A stretch of DNA of 64,000 bases, taken from NCBI RefSeq assembly GCF_963921235.1, contig NC_086108.1, positions 53,756,001 through 53,820,000 on the forward strand. The letters run 5' to 3'. The position numbers were made by a program, and so were the translations under genes. Shown in pieces: positions 1 to 12,300 of the stretch. Under the pieces are notes generated by a model. The model saw only the letters and a list, made by a program, of their open reading frames with translations. It made no database searches and had not been told where the DNA came from. Positions within the stretch are counted from its first letter, which is position 1. Every line of letters starts with the position of its first letter. This DNA is from Mobula hypostoma (taxonomy: Eukaryota).

Positions 1-73
1 ACATTAAATGTTTGTTCATTTCCATGGATGCTACCTGACCTGCTGAGTTCCTCCAGTATTTTGTGTGTGTTGT
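1..73 (+). mobile_element. 3' tail of a Penelope-like element, cut by the window edge
   Basis: GATGCTACCTGACCTGCTGAGTTCCTCCAGTATTTTGTGTGTGTTG is the same tail that follows the hammerhead in the GIY-YIG copies elsewhere in the window. Confidence 0.75.
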
Positions 74-346
74 TTTGAAATGAGACCTTGGTTTCATTTC
101 ATGCCCCATCTCTTCCTCACTGCAGCTGCTGATCAAAAATAAAATCCAGACCATCCGCAACAGGCCGACAACAAATGCCATTTCATTGGCTCTTCACTGA
201 ACCCTGGAACATCTGACAGCAAAGAAGCACACATCAGGATACTCTCCATTGACTACATCTCTGCATTCAATACTATCATCTCCTCAAAGCTAATCAATAA
301 GTTCCAAGACCTTGGCTGCAATACCTCCTTGTGCAACTGGTTTCTT

Positions 347-646
347 TTCTTTTTGGCGTGTGTGTGTGAGCCTGTGCGTGCGCGTCTGTGTCTGCGTGTC
401 CGTTATGATGTCTTTTTCGTGGCTTTTACAAGGCGCGGAGCGAGAGAGAGACTGTGTGTCGTGCTACTCCTCACACAGACATTCTTGCAGTATTTTTCCT
501 TTTATTTCACAAGGTCGAGTTGCAATCTCGACACTCAACCCGGCATGCATGGAAAGCGTACTCGGGGACGGACTCAACTGGGTCGGACATGGGAACCTCC
601 GCTCCCGGGTCCAGCACCGATGTCGTTGCGCCACCAGCCGGCCCAA
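347..646 (-). mobile_element. Young tRNA-derived SINE with a 15 bp TSD
   Basis: TGCAACTGGTTTCTT is duplicated at 332-346 and 647-661. The minus strand begins (TT)GGGCCGGCTGGTGGCGCAACG (A-box-like), is CpG-rich and ends in a (CA)n/A-rich tail. Confidence 0.85.
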
Positions 647-1341
647 TGCAACTGGTTTCTTGATTTCTTCACTTGCAGACCCTGTATTGGCAACAACATC
701 TCTGCTTCACAACCACCATCACCACAGGGGTACCACAAGGCCGTGTGCTTGGACCCCTTTCTCTACTCACTTTATACTTATGACTGTGAGGCTAAGCACA
801 ACTCCAATGCCATGTTTAAGTTTGCTGACAACACCACAATCATTGGCTGAATCAAAGGTGGTGACGAATCAGCGTAGAGGAGGGAGATTGAAAATCTGGC
901 TGAGTGGAGCCACAACAACAACCTCTCACTCAATGTCAGCAAGACCAAGGAGCTGATTATTGACTTCAGGAGGAGGAAACTAGAGGTCCATGAGCCAGGG
1001 CTCATCGGGGCATCAGAGGTAGAGAGGGTCAGCAACCTTAAATCCCTCGGTGTTATTATTTCAGAGGTTTAATCCTGGGAAGTGCTATTACAAAGAAAGC
1101 ATAGCAGTGACTCTACCTCCCTAGAAGTTTGTGAAGATTCAGCATGTCATCTAAACCTTTGTCAAACTTCTATAGATGTGCAGTGGAAAGTATATTGACT
1201 AGTTCCTAGAATGGAAAAGCTTTCAAAAAGTAATGGATACAGCCCAGTCCATCACAGGTAAAAGCACTGTCGCAGGAATGCAGTATCCATTATCCCCACC
1301 ATCCAAGCCATGCTCTCCTCTTGCTGCTGCTATCAGGAAGG

Positions 1342-1403
1342 AGGTACAGGAGCCTCACCAGGTTCAGGAGCCTCACCAGGTTCAGGAGCCTCACCAGGTT
1401 CAG
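1342..1403 (+). repeat. 18 bp tandem repeat, about 3.4 copies, inside the Rex1 3' region
   Basis: Unit AGGTTCAGGAGCCTCACC; it produces the QEPHQV repeats in the ORF track. Confidence 0.9.
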
Positions 1404-1863
1404 CAGTTATCAACCATCAGGCTGTTGAACAAGAGGGGATAGCGTCGCACAACTTCACTCACCTCCAAAACTGAACTGTTCCCTCAATCTATGGACTCAG
1501 TTTCAAGGACTCTTCATCTCATGTTCTTAATATTTATTGCTTATTTATTGTTAATAATATTATTATTTGTTTTTGTGTATTTACTGTGAATGCCCGCATT
1601 CTCAGGATTGTTTGTGGTAATATATATGTACTTTGATAATAATTTTACTTTGAACTTTGACCTGCGTGTTCTTTGGCTCTATCTGAAAGGGTGGTAAATT
1701 CAGGCTCAGTAATAAACTGTGAGCATGGAATTGAATAATTACTGAAAGTGGAAACAATTGCAGGGCAATGTAGAAAGAACTGGGATGCACAATAGGAATG
1801 GCCTGATTTGATTGGCTGCCTTGGGTACTGGAGCATTTTTGGAGCATAACTGTTAGGAAGTTA

Positions 1864-2372
1864 CAGTACTGTGCAAAAGTCTCAGGAACACATATATAGC
1901 CAGGGTGCCCAAGACTTTCGCACAGTACTGCATTTGTCAATGTGGAGCGGAGAGCAAGTTTGTGAATCTGGCAGGAGCAAATGATGTTAAGAATGGTGAG
2001 GGTGGAGTGCTACAGGTGGCAGAGAAGGGGTTCCAGGGTGCAGGTGGAGGGTGACACGGGTGCAGACACACCCAGCCCTGAGATACCAATCAAGGTCATT
2101 TGATTCCAAACAATTGGTTTATTGATTATGACAGAATGTCTCTCTGGTGTTTCCTCCTCCCTCCTCTTTCCCTTCCCCTTATACCAGTCATGATTCCCCT
2201 CTCCCTGCTCTCTTCCCACACTCAGTCCACAACAGAATCAGGTTAATCATCACTGACACATGTCATGAAATTTGCTTCTTTTTGTAGCAGCAGTACAGTG
2301 CAATGCATAAAATTACTAAAATACTGTACAAAGGCCTTAACCACCACAGCCTCAGACATTTGCACAGTACTG
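1864..2372. mobile_element. Tc1/mariner-like MITE
   Basis: TA|CAGTACTGTGCAAA...TTTGCACAGTACTG|TA. Extra internal TIR copies lie at about 1911-1930 and 2319-2337. No transposase. Confidence 0.75.
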
Positions 2373-4344
2373 TAGATTACGATTTATAGAACAGAATTTT
2401 GTTACGTTCAATTCGCATCTCCAAAAGTCTAAGCAAATAGGGAAAACGATCCATGATTTCAATTTTCATCCTGGGGCACTGAACCTTGCTGGAAACTGCA
2501 CATTATCAGTGCTAGGTAGAGACAGTATTGCACTGAAGCGGGAGTTTTCTGCCTCGCCTGCCAACACTCACTGATTGGTCTTTCATTTGAAGGATTTCAT
2601 TTGGATAAGATTGCCGTGCACCCTTGCGACAGTGCGGCGGCAGCTGGGTTCACCAACTTCAGGACGGGTGGACGGAAGGGGAAAAATCAGAAGGGAAAGC
2701 TCTACACAGATCACATCAAAATATCACAGCAACTATTTTCAGGGCTGCTTCTTTACAGATGTTTATAATAAACCCAATGTTTGAAAGAGCTGAGGGTTAG
2801 CAAGGAGGTTAAGAAATGAGGAAATAATTAGCCTTTGAATTATTGCCCAAAAATTATGACATAAGTTCTGGTTTTTGAAGTTAATTGGATGTGTCACAGT
2901 GTCATCTAACTTGGCTATACATCAGCCTGATAGCTGGTTGGAAGAAAACAGTCTGTTCAATAACTTTGCCTGAGCATTCTCATATGAAAATTATTTGTAT
3001 GCCCAGAAAATGTATCAGACATAAAACTTTATTTCAGACCTGGTGCCGGGAGTGATTGGTACAGAACCATTATTTGGGGGAAAAGCCTGCCAAAGCTCAC
3101 TGTCTACCCTCAGGCTTGAAGAATTTCGGTGGGTCAGATTGCAAAGAGTTGGTGCACCCTTGGGATTGCACGGCAGCTTGGTCTGAAGTTTTCAGCGGAG
3201 AAGGATGAAAGGCAAAAGATTTAGCCAAAACTATTTCAGCACAGATCAGAGTGAAACATCTCAGCGGTGCTGCAGATGTTTGTGATAAATGTGCTGTTTG
3301 AAAGCTGGTAAGGGGCTGTTTTGTAAGTTATTGAACAGTGTGCTGGGCCCCATAGAACTTTACCCAGACTGAGTCGAGAGCCTTTGCAGGACAAGGGAAT
3401 GAGTTGGTGAAAAATAAACTTTCCACCAAGAGTTTTTAAAATGCAATAATTTTACCTTGTTTTAGATGAGCCATTGTAAATTTGTATGCACAAAGCGCAA
3501 ATCAATGTGTTCACTACTGTATGATATAAAACAGTGTTTGCAGAATTTGAAATACATAATTTGAAATAAAATAGTGTGTAAATTCTGCAGTGTGCTTTTA
3601 TAGCAGGTGATTGACAGTAGTCTCAACAAGTCTTGATACTGAGCTGTGGCAAAGCAATCTTTACAAGTTATAATAGTGTATACTCCATTCAGCAAATGTA
3701 TTCTCCAACTTCAGCAGCTCATACAAAATACTGTTATCTCTGTTTGATTTAATAGCTCATGTCTGAATATTTTTTGCTGATAGTGTTCCAGCGCTAATTC
3801 TCTGCTAAGCATGTATTCACATTCATAGGAGCTGAAAGGGGTGATGCTTGTTGTACATCCATAGACACCCTCAGCTGGCAAAGATTTTAATGAGGTGTAA
3901 GGTAGTGATTTGTGGGGCTATGTGTGCTAGCTGATGATAGAATGGGTTGAAAGTCGCATGGCTTCCATCAGAGCCGGATGGCGAAGGGTGAGCTCAATGC
4001 TTATCCACCTAGAAGCTCGACAATGCTGACTCTATTTGTGAAGTAGATTATGTTCTTTTCAATGTCACTTCAGACTGAAAAGGGTTTCTTGTTCAAACTG
4101 ACTAGCATGTTCAACCGTTTAATACAAAACACTCCCCCTACCCCCCACTACATCCTAAGTGATAAGTTGAAATTCAGTGATGAAAAACAGTTTCTCACTG
4201 CTCTGTCTGCTGTGAAGTTGTTTCTTGTTTCCACTAAAATCCTTGCCTTCCTCTGCTAAGTGGTGGCTAAGATTTGGGATTCTTGCACTCACTTAGCTGT
4301 GTTAGTTGAGGAAAGGTTGCAAAGAAAATTGCGCCATCATTTTT

Positions 4345-4657
4345 ACATAAGAACAAAAGAAATAGGAGCAGGAGTAGGCCATCTGGCCCATCGAGCCTGC
4401 TCCGCCATTCAATAAGATCATGGCTGATCTGGCCATGGACTCATCTCCACCTACCTGCCTTTTCCCCATAATCCTTAATTCTCCTACTATGCAAAAATCT
4501 ATCCAACCTTGTCTTAAATATATTTACTGAGGTAGCCTCCAGTGCTTCATTGGGCAGAGAATTCCACGGATTCACCATTCTTTGGAAAAAGCAGTTCCTC
4601 CTCATCTCTGTCTTAAATCTACTCCCCCAAAACTTGAGGCTGTGTCCCCTAAAGTTC
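4345..4657 (-). mobile_element. CR1 LINE 3' end
   Basis: ACATAAGAA...ATAGGAGCAGGAGTAGGCCATCTGGCCCATCGAGCCTGCTCCGCCATTCAATAAGATCATGGCTGATC is the typical reverse-complement CR1 3' terminus. Confidence 0.8.
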
Positions 4658-4766
4658 CTTCAAATTTTTAAAGGTATTACCACCTTTATTTTCAGTACCT
4701 TTTCACTCAGTGGCCAGGTGCTCTGGTTTCCTCTCATAGTCCAACGATGTATGAGGTACATTAATT

Positions 4767-5635
4767 CAAACACCAGGGAATCTGCAGATGCCCATTCACT
4801 CCCCCCCATCCCTCCCCACTGATCTCCCTCCCGGCACTTATCCTTGTAAGCGGAACAAGTGCTACACATGCCCTTACACTTCCTCCCTTACCACCATTCA
4901 GGGCCCCAGACAGTCCTTCCAGGTAAGGCGACACTTTACCTGTGAGTCAGCTGGGGTGATATACTGCGTCCGGTGCTCCCGATGTGGCCTTCTATATATT
5001 GGTGAGACCCGACGCAGACAGGGAGATCATTTCGCTGAACACCTATGCTCTGTCTGCCAGGGTAAGGGGCCACACATTTTAATTCCACATCCCATTCCCA
5101 TTCTAATATGTCTATCCATGGCCTCCCCTACTGTAAAGATGAAGCCGCACTCAGGTTGGAGGAACAACACCTTATATTCCGTCTGGGTAGCCTCCAAGCT
5201 GATGGCATGAACATTGACTTCTCAAACTTCCGCTAATGCCCCTCCTCCCCCTCGTACCCCATCCATTATTTATTTATATACACACTTTTTTTTGTCTCTC
5301 CTTTTTCTCCCTCTATCCCTCTCACTACACCCCTTGCCCATCCTCTCTGCTTTTTCCACCCCTCCCCCGTTTCTTTCTCCCCGGACCTCCTGTCCCATGA
5401 TCCTCTCATATCCCTTTTGCCAATCACCTGTCCAGCTCTTGGCTCCATCCCTCCCCCTCCTGTCTTCTCCTATCATTTTGGATCTCCTGCTCCCCCTCCC
5501 ACTTTCAAATCTCTTACTAGCTCTTCCTTCAGTTAGTCCTGACAAAGGATCTTGGCCGGAAACGTTGACTGTACTTCTTCCTATAGATGCTGCCTGGCCT
5601 GCTGCGTTCACCAGCAACTTTTATGTGTGTTGCTG
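4767..5635 (+). mobile_element. Penelope-like element (Neptune-type) 3' part: GIY-YIG endonuclease remnant, pyrimidine-rich UTR and decayed hammerhead
   Basis: ORF 4788-5210 reads PCKRNKCYTCP...FTCESAGVIYCVRCSRCGLLYIGETRRR. 12 bp TSD GGTACATTAATT at 4755-4766 and 5636-5647. A short inverted tail copy lies at 4767-4790. Confidence 0.9.
5535..5570 (+). ncRNA. Degenerate minimal hammerhead ribozyme (PLE)
   Basis: agtc-CTGACAA-aggatcttggccg-GAAAC-GTT-gact. Core G8 is mutated, so it is probably inactive. Confidence 0.6.
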
Positions 5636-5647
5636 GGTACATTAATT

Positions 5648-5745
5648 AGACTCATCGTTTCCATGGGTGCTGCCTGACCTGCTGAGTTCCTCCAGCGTGT
5701 TGTGAGTGTTGCTTTGATCCCAGCATCTGCAGATTATTTTGTGTT
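5648..5745 (+). mobile_element. Second, short PLE 3' tail insertion
   Basis: GCTGCCTGACCTGCTGAGTTCCTCCAGC...CAGCATCTGCAGATTATTTTGTGTT, bounded by TACATTAATT copies. Confidence 0.75.
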
Positions 5746-6690
5746 TACATTAATTGGTCACTGTAATTTGTCCCATGATTAGGTTAGGGTTAATTGAGGC
5801 TGTGGGGTTGCTGGGGCGGTGTGGCTTGAAGAGCCAGAAGGGCCTACTCCGTGCTAAGTAAATAAATAAAATTTGTTAGCTATCTGTAATATCTTCTTGG
5901 TCTTCTGCTGCTGTAGCCCATCCACTTCAACATTCGGCATGTTGTGCATTCAGAGATGCTCTTCTGCACACCTCTGTTGTAAAGCGTGGTTATCTGAGTT
6001 ACTGTCACCTTCCTGTCGGCTTGAAGCAACCTGGCCATTCTCCTCTGGCCTCTCTCAATAACATGGCATTTTCACCCACAGAACTGCTGCTCAATGCATT
6101 TTTTTTTGTTTTTCGCACTATTCTCTGTAAACTGTAGAGGCCGTTGTGCATGAAAATCCCAGGAGATCAGCTGTTTCTGAGAACTCAAGCCATTCTGTCT
6201 GGCACCAACAATCATTCCACGGTCAGTCATTTAGGTCACGTTTCTTCCCCCCCCCCCCCCCAGTCTGATGTTTGGTCTGAACAACTGAGTTGCTGCCACA
6301 TGATTGGCTGATTAAATTAGAGCATTAATAAGCAGGTGTGCAGGTGGTCACTGAGTGTACATTATGTGCTTGAAATATCCGTGATTTGACGAATGTTTGT
6401 ACTGTTGTGGAAAGCACATTTTGCAATAGATTGGGAGGTCAATTCTGCACAGTGACATTAACAGTTTTTTTTTGGGGGGGTTGGTGTTCAGTGGACAACA
6501 GAATGTGGAGAATTAATTGCCTCTTTTCCCGGAAGGGCGTCAAGTCAATTGGCAGGACTGTTGCAGAGATGACCAGTTTTCAAGCCAACAGTGCTCCCTC
6601 CTCTGTTGCACTGTCTAGAACTGAGGAAGTGCTGCATTGCTGAAAGTGCTGGCCACAGTATTGGCTTGGATGTTTAGTCACGGCATTCGG

Positions 6691-6975
6691 AATCAGAGTC
6701 AGTTTTATGATGACCGACATACAGTATGTCATGAAATTTGTTTTGTTTTCAGCAGCAGTACAGTACAGACATTGAAAAAAAAGTTACTGTAACTTTTGAA
6801 AAGAAATCTGAAAGATAAATAATAAATAGTACAAAATGAGAGCGGAATAGCGAGGGGTGTTCATGAACCATTCAGAAACCTGACGACAGTGGGGAGAGTC
6901 TGTACCTAAAACATTGAGTGTGTACATTCAGGCTCCTGAACCTCCTCCCCGATGGTAGCAATGAGAAGAGGGCGT
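6691..6975 (-). mobile_element. LINE 3' end (Rex1-like, AATCAG tail)
   Basis: AATCAGAGTCAGTTTTATGATGACCGACAT...CTCCTCCCCGATGGTAGCAATGAGAAGAGGGC. Related copies lie at 2235-2320, 33795-33866 and 40990-41350. Confidence 0.65.
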
Positions 6976-7067
6976 TGTTATCCACTCCTACCCCACCACG
7001 CAGAATGAGCAGCCCGTCACTAGGAGAGTGCTGTGGATGCAACCCCACATATCTCCTTAGGGTAAGA

Positions 7068-7290
7068 ACATAAGAAGTAGAAGCAGGGTTACGCCATTTT
7101 CCCCTTTGCATCTGTTCTACATTTCAATAAGGATGCAAGTGACCTTAACCCTTTCTGCACCCCCTGATTACCTTAATATCAAAAAAAGTACCTGTTCCTG
7201 TCAAGCATTCTCAGTGACTGAGACTCCGCACCCCTCCTGGGTAAAGATTTCCAAATATTCATTATCCTTTGGGTAAAGATTTTTTTTCTC
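7068..7290 (-). mobile_element. Old CR1 3' end
   Basis: Diverged version of the 4345 terminus (ACATAAGAAGTAGAAGCAGGGTTACGCCAT...). Confidence 0.6.
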
Positions 7291-10133
7291 AATTATGAAT
7301 AACTAAACTTTTTACTTTTGAAACTCTATTCGAGTGCTTGATAACCACAAGTGTTTCTTTTTCTTTTCCTTTTGAGTTTTGCAGGACTTTTTGACAACCA
7401 GCCACCATGCCTGTATTTGATCGTCCATTTTTTTTAAGAGGCAATACATTGCAATCAAGAGGAGGAACTTGGGCCAAGTTTTCTCTTCGATTACCCCAGG
7501 AGACTGACGTTCATGGCCTGACTGCCACCTTGCTTGAAATTGCTCAGCTCAGCTTTAATCTTGGGCCAAGTCAGGTTCAGATCCAAACTCAGCAATTCAG
7601 TTTTTGACAGAGTCACCAGTCAAGCTTTCTGCAAACTCAATTATGACATTCTAATGGTGACTAAATGAATGGTGACACAATGGAATGGCTTTTCTTCCCC
7701 TTTGATCTTGGTACTGTTGGGGTCACCCAGCAATAAAAGTAACCTTAGTGAGCAGGAAAGAGGCCTTCATTCAATTGGCAAAATATTTACCATCTGGATT
7801 GTAGAGGAAACATTATGAAATTCCACTCAGACATTTGAATAATGACTTCATTTTGAATGCACTACAAATCTACCATGTTCTCCATAAAATTCAGATAAAT
7901 TAGAGATGCTGTCAATGAGTGTTTCAAACCAGTAATTACCTCATCTTTACCTGATTACATATTGCTATGGTTAACTTGTTAATAGGCTGCTAAATAGCAA
8001 ACATACTGAAGAAAACTAAAAGGCTTTTTCAATAAAACTCATATTGTATTTCCTTAAGTGCACAACTGTGACTGCAGGCATGATGTCTTGGGGCCATTCC
8101 CCATCCCCCACTTGTGCCTGTGCACCCGCTGTTGTGGTTACACATCTGCCTGCGGCCTGAAGCACTCTGCATCTCTGCTGCCTGCTGTTTTCTATCAGCT
8201 TGCTGCTTGCTTTGAGAAGGTCAAGAGATCGTTGGGAGAGGAGGATTGGGGAGTAAGAGGTTAGGGGAGTAGATTGAGAGGAGTGGCAGTGGACATAGTG
8301 TGGATTAATGGAATCAGGAGAAAGGGGCGACTTGGAGGACTTGACTGAAGTGATCAGCATAGGATGAAATGTCAGGAAAGAAGCGAATGGATTGGGAAAT
8401 AAGTGTGAGTTAAGAGCAAATGAAGAATGTGTGAATGAGAAAGGAAATTGGAAGTGAGATTGGAGTGCAAGGAGAGTTTAGAATGGAGATGGTAAAGGAA
8501 GTTGGAGGGGATTATAGATTAGAAGGAGGACAAAGAAGATTGAGAGAGAAGATGAAAAAGAGATCAGAGGAGGGAAAATGGCCATTTACCTGAGTGAAGA
8601 TCAGGAGCTTGTCTTGCTCACCACAGAGGACATTGGTAGGGGAAGAAAACAGGATCTAGGTCAGAGACTGGGGGGGGGGACAAGTGAGGGGGCTCAGGGT
8701 TAGTAGTGAATGAGGCGAAGATGTCTCAACTGGGGAAATAGACCATGTTTGCACCTCTCTGCTCAACTCTGATCATCTTGTTCCTCAAATCGTCAGTATA
8801 CTAGTGCCATATTATTCCTTTTGTTTATACTTCCATCACAGATTCACACAAATGGCAGTGAGCCTATTTTTACAAAATTCTTTGTAAATCGTGTGCAACA
8901 CCAATTCTGTTGGACTGCAGACATTTCACAGGTCTCACCAATGTAACTGTACACTTTCTGAAGTAAAAGCCATTGTTCACTAGTCCTTGTACCTACTATA
9001 TCACGAACCTTATTGCAATCAATGACTCAAAACCCAATGAGCTCTTAATGATATGTCTCTGTTGAAATAACTGGAACAGCAATAATTTCCAGGATAAAAA
9101 CACAAAAATCAAGAAAAACTGGAAATAATTATATACTGAATTATCTTCAATCTGCATTTGAGCTGTATAAAGCAAGACTCTTGGTTGGATTATTGTCTGA
9201 ATTAGCTGATTTCAATCGAGGTGGCACAAGAGTACCACAGTTAAATTGAGGGCCCTCTATCCAGATGAATCACCAAGGGCACTGTTTGCTAATTGTCATT
9301 AACTGGCTCTGGACAAAAACAAAGTGAATTTGAATGCTGGATTTACGCCCACAGTTGATAGATTTAGTGATGTTTAGTTACTTGGGTAAAGGATTTTGCT
9401 CAAATAGTCGTTTCAAGGAGATGAACAAATATTTCTCATAAATGGTTTGGCATGGACTAGATGGGCTGAAGGGCTTGTTTCTGTCCTGTAGTTTTCTATG
9501 CCTTTATGACTCTAACTGAGCTCCCAGAGCACTGTAACTAATTAGTTGTGTTTAATTTCAATGGTTCTCCTTTATCTGACTGCAAAACTCCTTATCACCA
9601 TCAGTGTCCAGAATAAATATCGCAGATACTTTAATGCTGAATACAGCCATAGTGAAATGTAAAGGCTTCTGCACATTTTCAACAAAAAAAATCTAATTTA
9701 TATTCTGCTGGTGACTGAAAAATTTCAGTAGTGCTGGAGGAGAGTATCTTTTTTAAAAATGCAATCAATTTGTATAACTTTAAAATAGCTCTGCTGGAAA
9801 TGATCACAACTTTATTAAGCCCTACAAAATGGATGGTCTGTTTCTTATCATTTTACTTCACAGACTAAATAGTATGAGGGTTGTATAGCCTTGTATTGTT
9901 ACAGCCATGAGAGAAGGGCTAGACGTCCAAGATGAGTGAGTAGAATTTTCAGTTACTTAGTCCCCATCTGATATTCACTTTCAAAATAAGCAGTTTTGAA
10001 TTATCCAAGTACATTTTGTTTTGCTTAAGCAGTTTCTGGGCAAAGTCAATAGTTTTTTGCTGCAAGGTACTTTAATGCCAATTGACATCAGGATGAAATC
10101 AATATGCATTTATATTCTAGGAAGGAATAAATA

Positions 10134-10793
10134 CAGGTTGAATACCCCTTATCCAAAATTCCAAAATCCAAAAACTTTTGAAATCTGCGATTCTTTTTTT
10201 GAGCACTGACATGATGTCACAAATTCCACAAGGTGCTGGAAAATTTCCAGGCAATGTGTAGGTCTCTGCACACCACAGACTGTTCTGAGACCTCACATCT
10301 GGAATGAACTGAAGTTAATGAAAAATAGATAAACACTGATAAAGTGATAAATGAAGATATTGATCATGTATTGAAAGAGTGGATTCATCAGTGTCAGAGT
10401 GAACATATGTTGTTTATAAAGTGACCAAAGATCTATCATAATGAACTGAAACTTGAAGGTAATTGTGAATATTCATCAGGCTGGTTTCGGAAATTTAAGA
10501 AAAGGCATGGCATTGATTTTTTAAAAAGATCTGTGGTGATAAAGCATCTGCTGATCACGAAGCAGCAGAGAAATTCGTTGATGAGTTTTCCTAGATCATT
10601 GCTGATGAAAATCTAACACACTGAATGGCTGCATCAGTGCATATGTGTGTTGAACAAGTGTAAGACAAAGGGTGCTTACAAAGAAATGATGGCAATCACA
10701 AACTATCTCATTGTATATTCCAAAAACCCGAAAACATTCAAAATCCAAAATGCTTCTGGCCCAAAGCATTTCTGATAAGTGGTAGTCACCATG
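10134..10793 (+). mobile_element. Tigger4/Zombi-like (pogo) DNA transposon with a CENP-B/Jerky-type transposase remnant
   Basis: TA|CAGGTTGAATACCCCTTATCCAAAAT...ATTTCTGATAAGTGGTAGTCACCATG|TA. Internal frames read EDIDHVLKEWIHQ, CEYSSGWFRKFKKRHGI and ICGDKASADHEAAEKFVDEF, with stops and frameshifts. Confidence 0.85.
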
Positions 10794-11849
10794 TATTACC
10801 AAATCTGAGAATGGGAGATGCTGTAAATATTGGAAATGGGAATAAAGGAAAAGAAAATATTATATCAATAACATGATCTTAAAAAGCTTAGGAAAGCAAA
10901 GAGATATCAGAACGTGGAGAAAAAAATTACTGAAGTTGGCAATATCATTGAGAAAGAACTTAAAAGTCAATAGACTTGTATCAAAAAAGAAAAGTTAAAG
11001 AGAAATCTTTGAACATATGTGGCTTTGGTTAGACCAGAGGAGCTTTCTATAGTTTATGGTACCACTAATTAGCAATTAAAAACAAATTGGATAGTGCAGT
11101 TTAGACTTACTAGCATGTTACTGGCAATAAGAAGTTGGGGTTATGAAGAGAATTGTGACAAGTAATGACCAAAAGGTTAGTGAACAAACTATTGGAGATC
11201 TTTGGGATTATTAGGGGTTATAGCACAGGATGGTGCAACAGTAATATGAAAGCTCTCATTTCAGATAATCTATAAGAATGAAAGTAATAAGTATTTGTTT
11301 GGTTTGAGTATGGTCAGAATGAGGTATTCTTCATTACACACTTAAGTTTTTAAATAGGGAATTAATTTTTACAAGAGGGATTAAAAACAGAAGGAATGCA
11401 TTGGAGATTGATATTGGACAGATTGATCATGTGCTTGAAACCAAAAGACTTGTGTTGAATGATCCATTTCAGCACTGGAGGATCTTATCTGAGTCGTGAT
11501 GTTGAGTAGCTGGAGGATATCAAAGAGAGTTTGTGGCAATTCTGTTTCTACCTAATATTTATTGAAGTGCATTTTCCAGCAGGAGTCCCTGTTAACAGTA
11601 GCTGGTAATTATACCGAGTTTAATGGAGACATTAGAAAAGGAGGTTGGCTGAATTGATTGTTTTTATGGAGTTTTGTGAAAGAAAAAAATCAAAATTTGG
11701 AGATGTTGAAGCATAGTACCAGAGTTTATAATCAAGATAGTTGTTAAAGAGGTCAGCTTAAAAACAGCATAAAGTACGTGCAAAGGGCATAAAGATGGTT
11801 GGGATTACTGAGGGTGTATAACCTGAGTCCAAGATTCTACCATCCCACA

Positions 11850-12300
11850 GTTCATACTGTCCTTGAATATGACAAAGCAGGAGGGAATAGAAGAAGCACA
11901 CTCTATAATGAGCTTTTTCTGAGCTACCTGAGTTACTAGTTTGAAACTGGAAAGGAAGGGTTGTCTTATGAGGAAAAGTTGGACAAGCTAAGCTTGTATC
12001 TAAGATTGAGAGGGACAAGCAAGGTTGGAGGAGTAGATGTGGAGAGAATATTTTCCCTTGAAAGATAATCTAATTCCACTTTTTAAAAATGACATTTCAC
12101 CCACTTAGGACTGAAATGAGGCAGATGCTTTTCTCTGAAGGCTGAGACTCTTAAGAACTCTTATTGCCGAGAGGCAGTGAAAGCAAATTATTTGAATATT
12201 TTTAAAAGAGTTAAGTGTACTCTTGAAAAATGAAAAGGTGAAAGTTTTCCAGAGACAGCTGGGAATGTGGATTTGAGGTTGGGCACGGGAGTAGGGCATT
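11850..12300 (+). mobile_element. Old CR1 RT C-terminus and 3' region
   Basis: Decayed GTCTTATGAGGAAAAGTTGGACAAGCT...TAGGACTGAAATGAGG...GAGGCAGTG pattern, as in the other CR1 copies. Confidence 0.55.

Larger units (their letters stand above)
145..1660 (+). mobile_element. Rex1/Babar-like LINE, decayed RT and 3' end, interrupted by a SINE at 347-646
   Basis: RT remnants CLDPFLYSLYTYDC and FKFADNTTIIG (FADD-like motif), with frameshifts and stops. The 3' tail ends in ACTTTGAACTTTGA. Confidence 0.85.
4714..5871 (+). mobile_element. V-SINE/HE1-like fragment split by PLE insertions (pieces 4714-4766 and 5756-5871)
   Basis: V-domain-like CCAGGTGCTCTGGTTTCCTCTCATAGTCCAACGATGT resumes as TAATTGGTCACTGTAATTTGTCCC and ends in a (TAAA)n tail. 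Confidence 0.7.
4704..6357. mobile_element. Tc1-like non-autonomous element hosting a nested SINE and PLE insertions (body about 5885-6357)
   Basis: Left TIR CACTCAGTGGCCA at 4704 and right TIR GTGGTCACTGAGTG|TA ending at 6357. The body aligns by eye with the copy at 47712-48222. Confidence 0.7.

Noticed and set aside
312..956. Long ORFs of 214 and 173 aa as host genes
   Set aside because: They are chimeric read-through of a SINE and decayed Rex1 RT.
3925..3975. CTGATGA...GAAA hammerhead-like spacing
   Set aside because: Stem I and stem II cannot form.
7385..7607. Acceptor-like TTTTGCAG followed by a perfect Kozak GCCACCATG and a 66 aa ORF
   Set aside because: The peptide is unrecognisable, there is no convincing donor, and the 3' part looks like old repeat sequence.
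8220..8720. Purine-rich tract as a special structural element
   Set aside because: It most likely is a very old LINE remnant; no defined repeat unit or supportable structure is visible.
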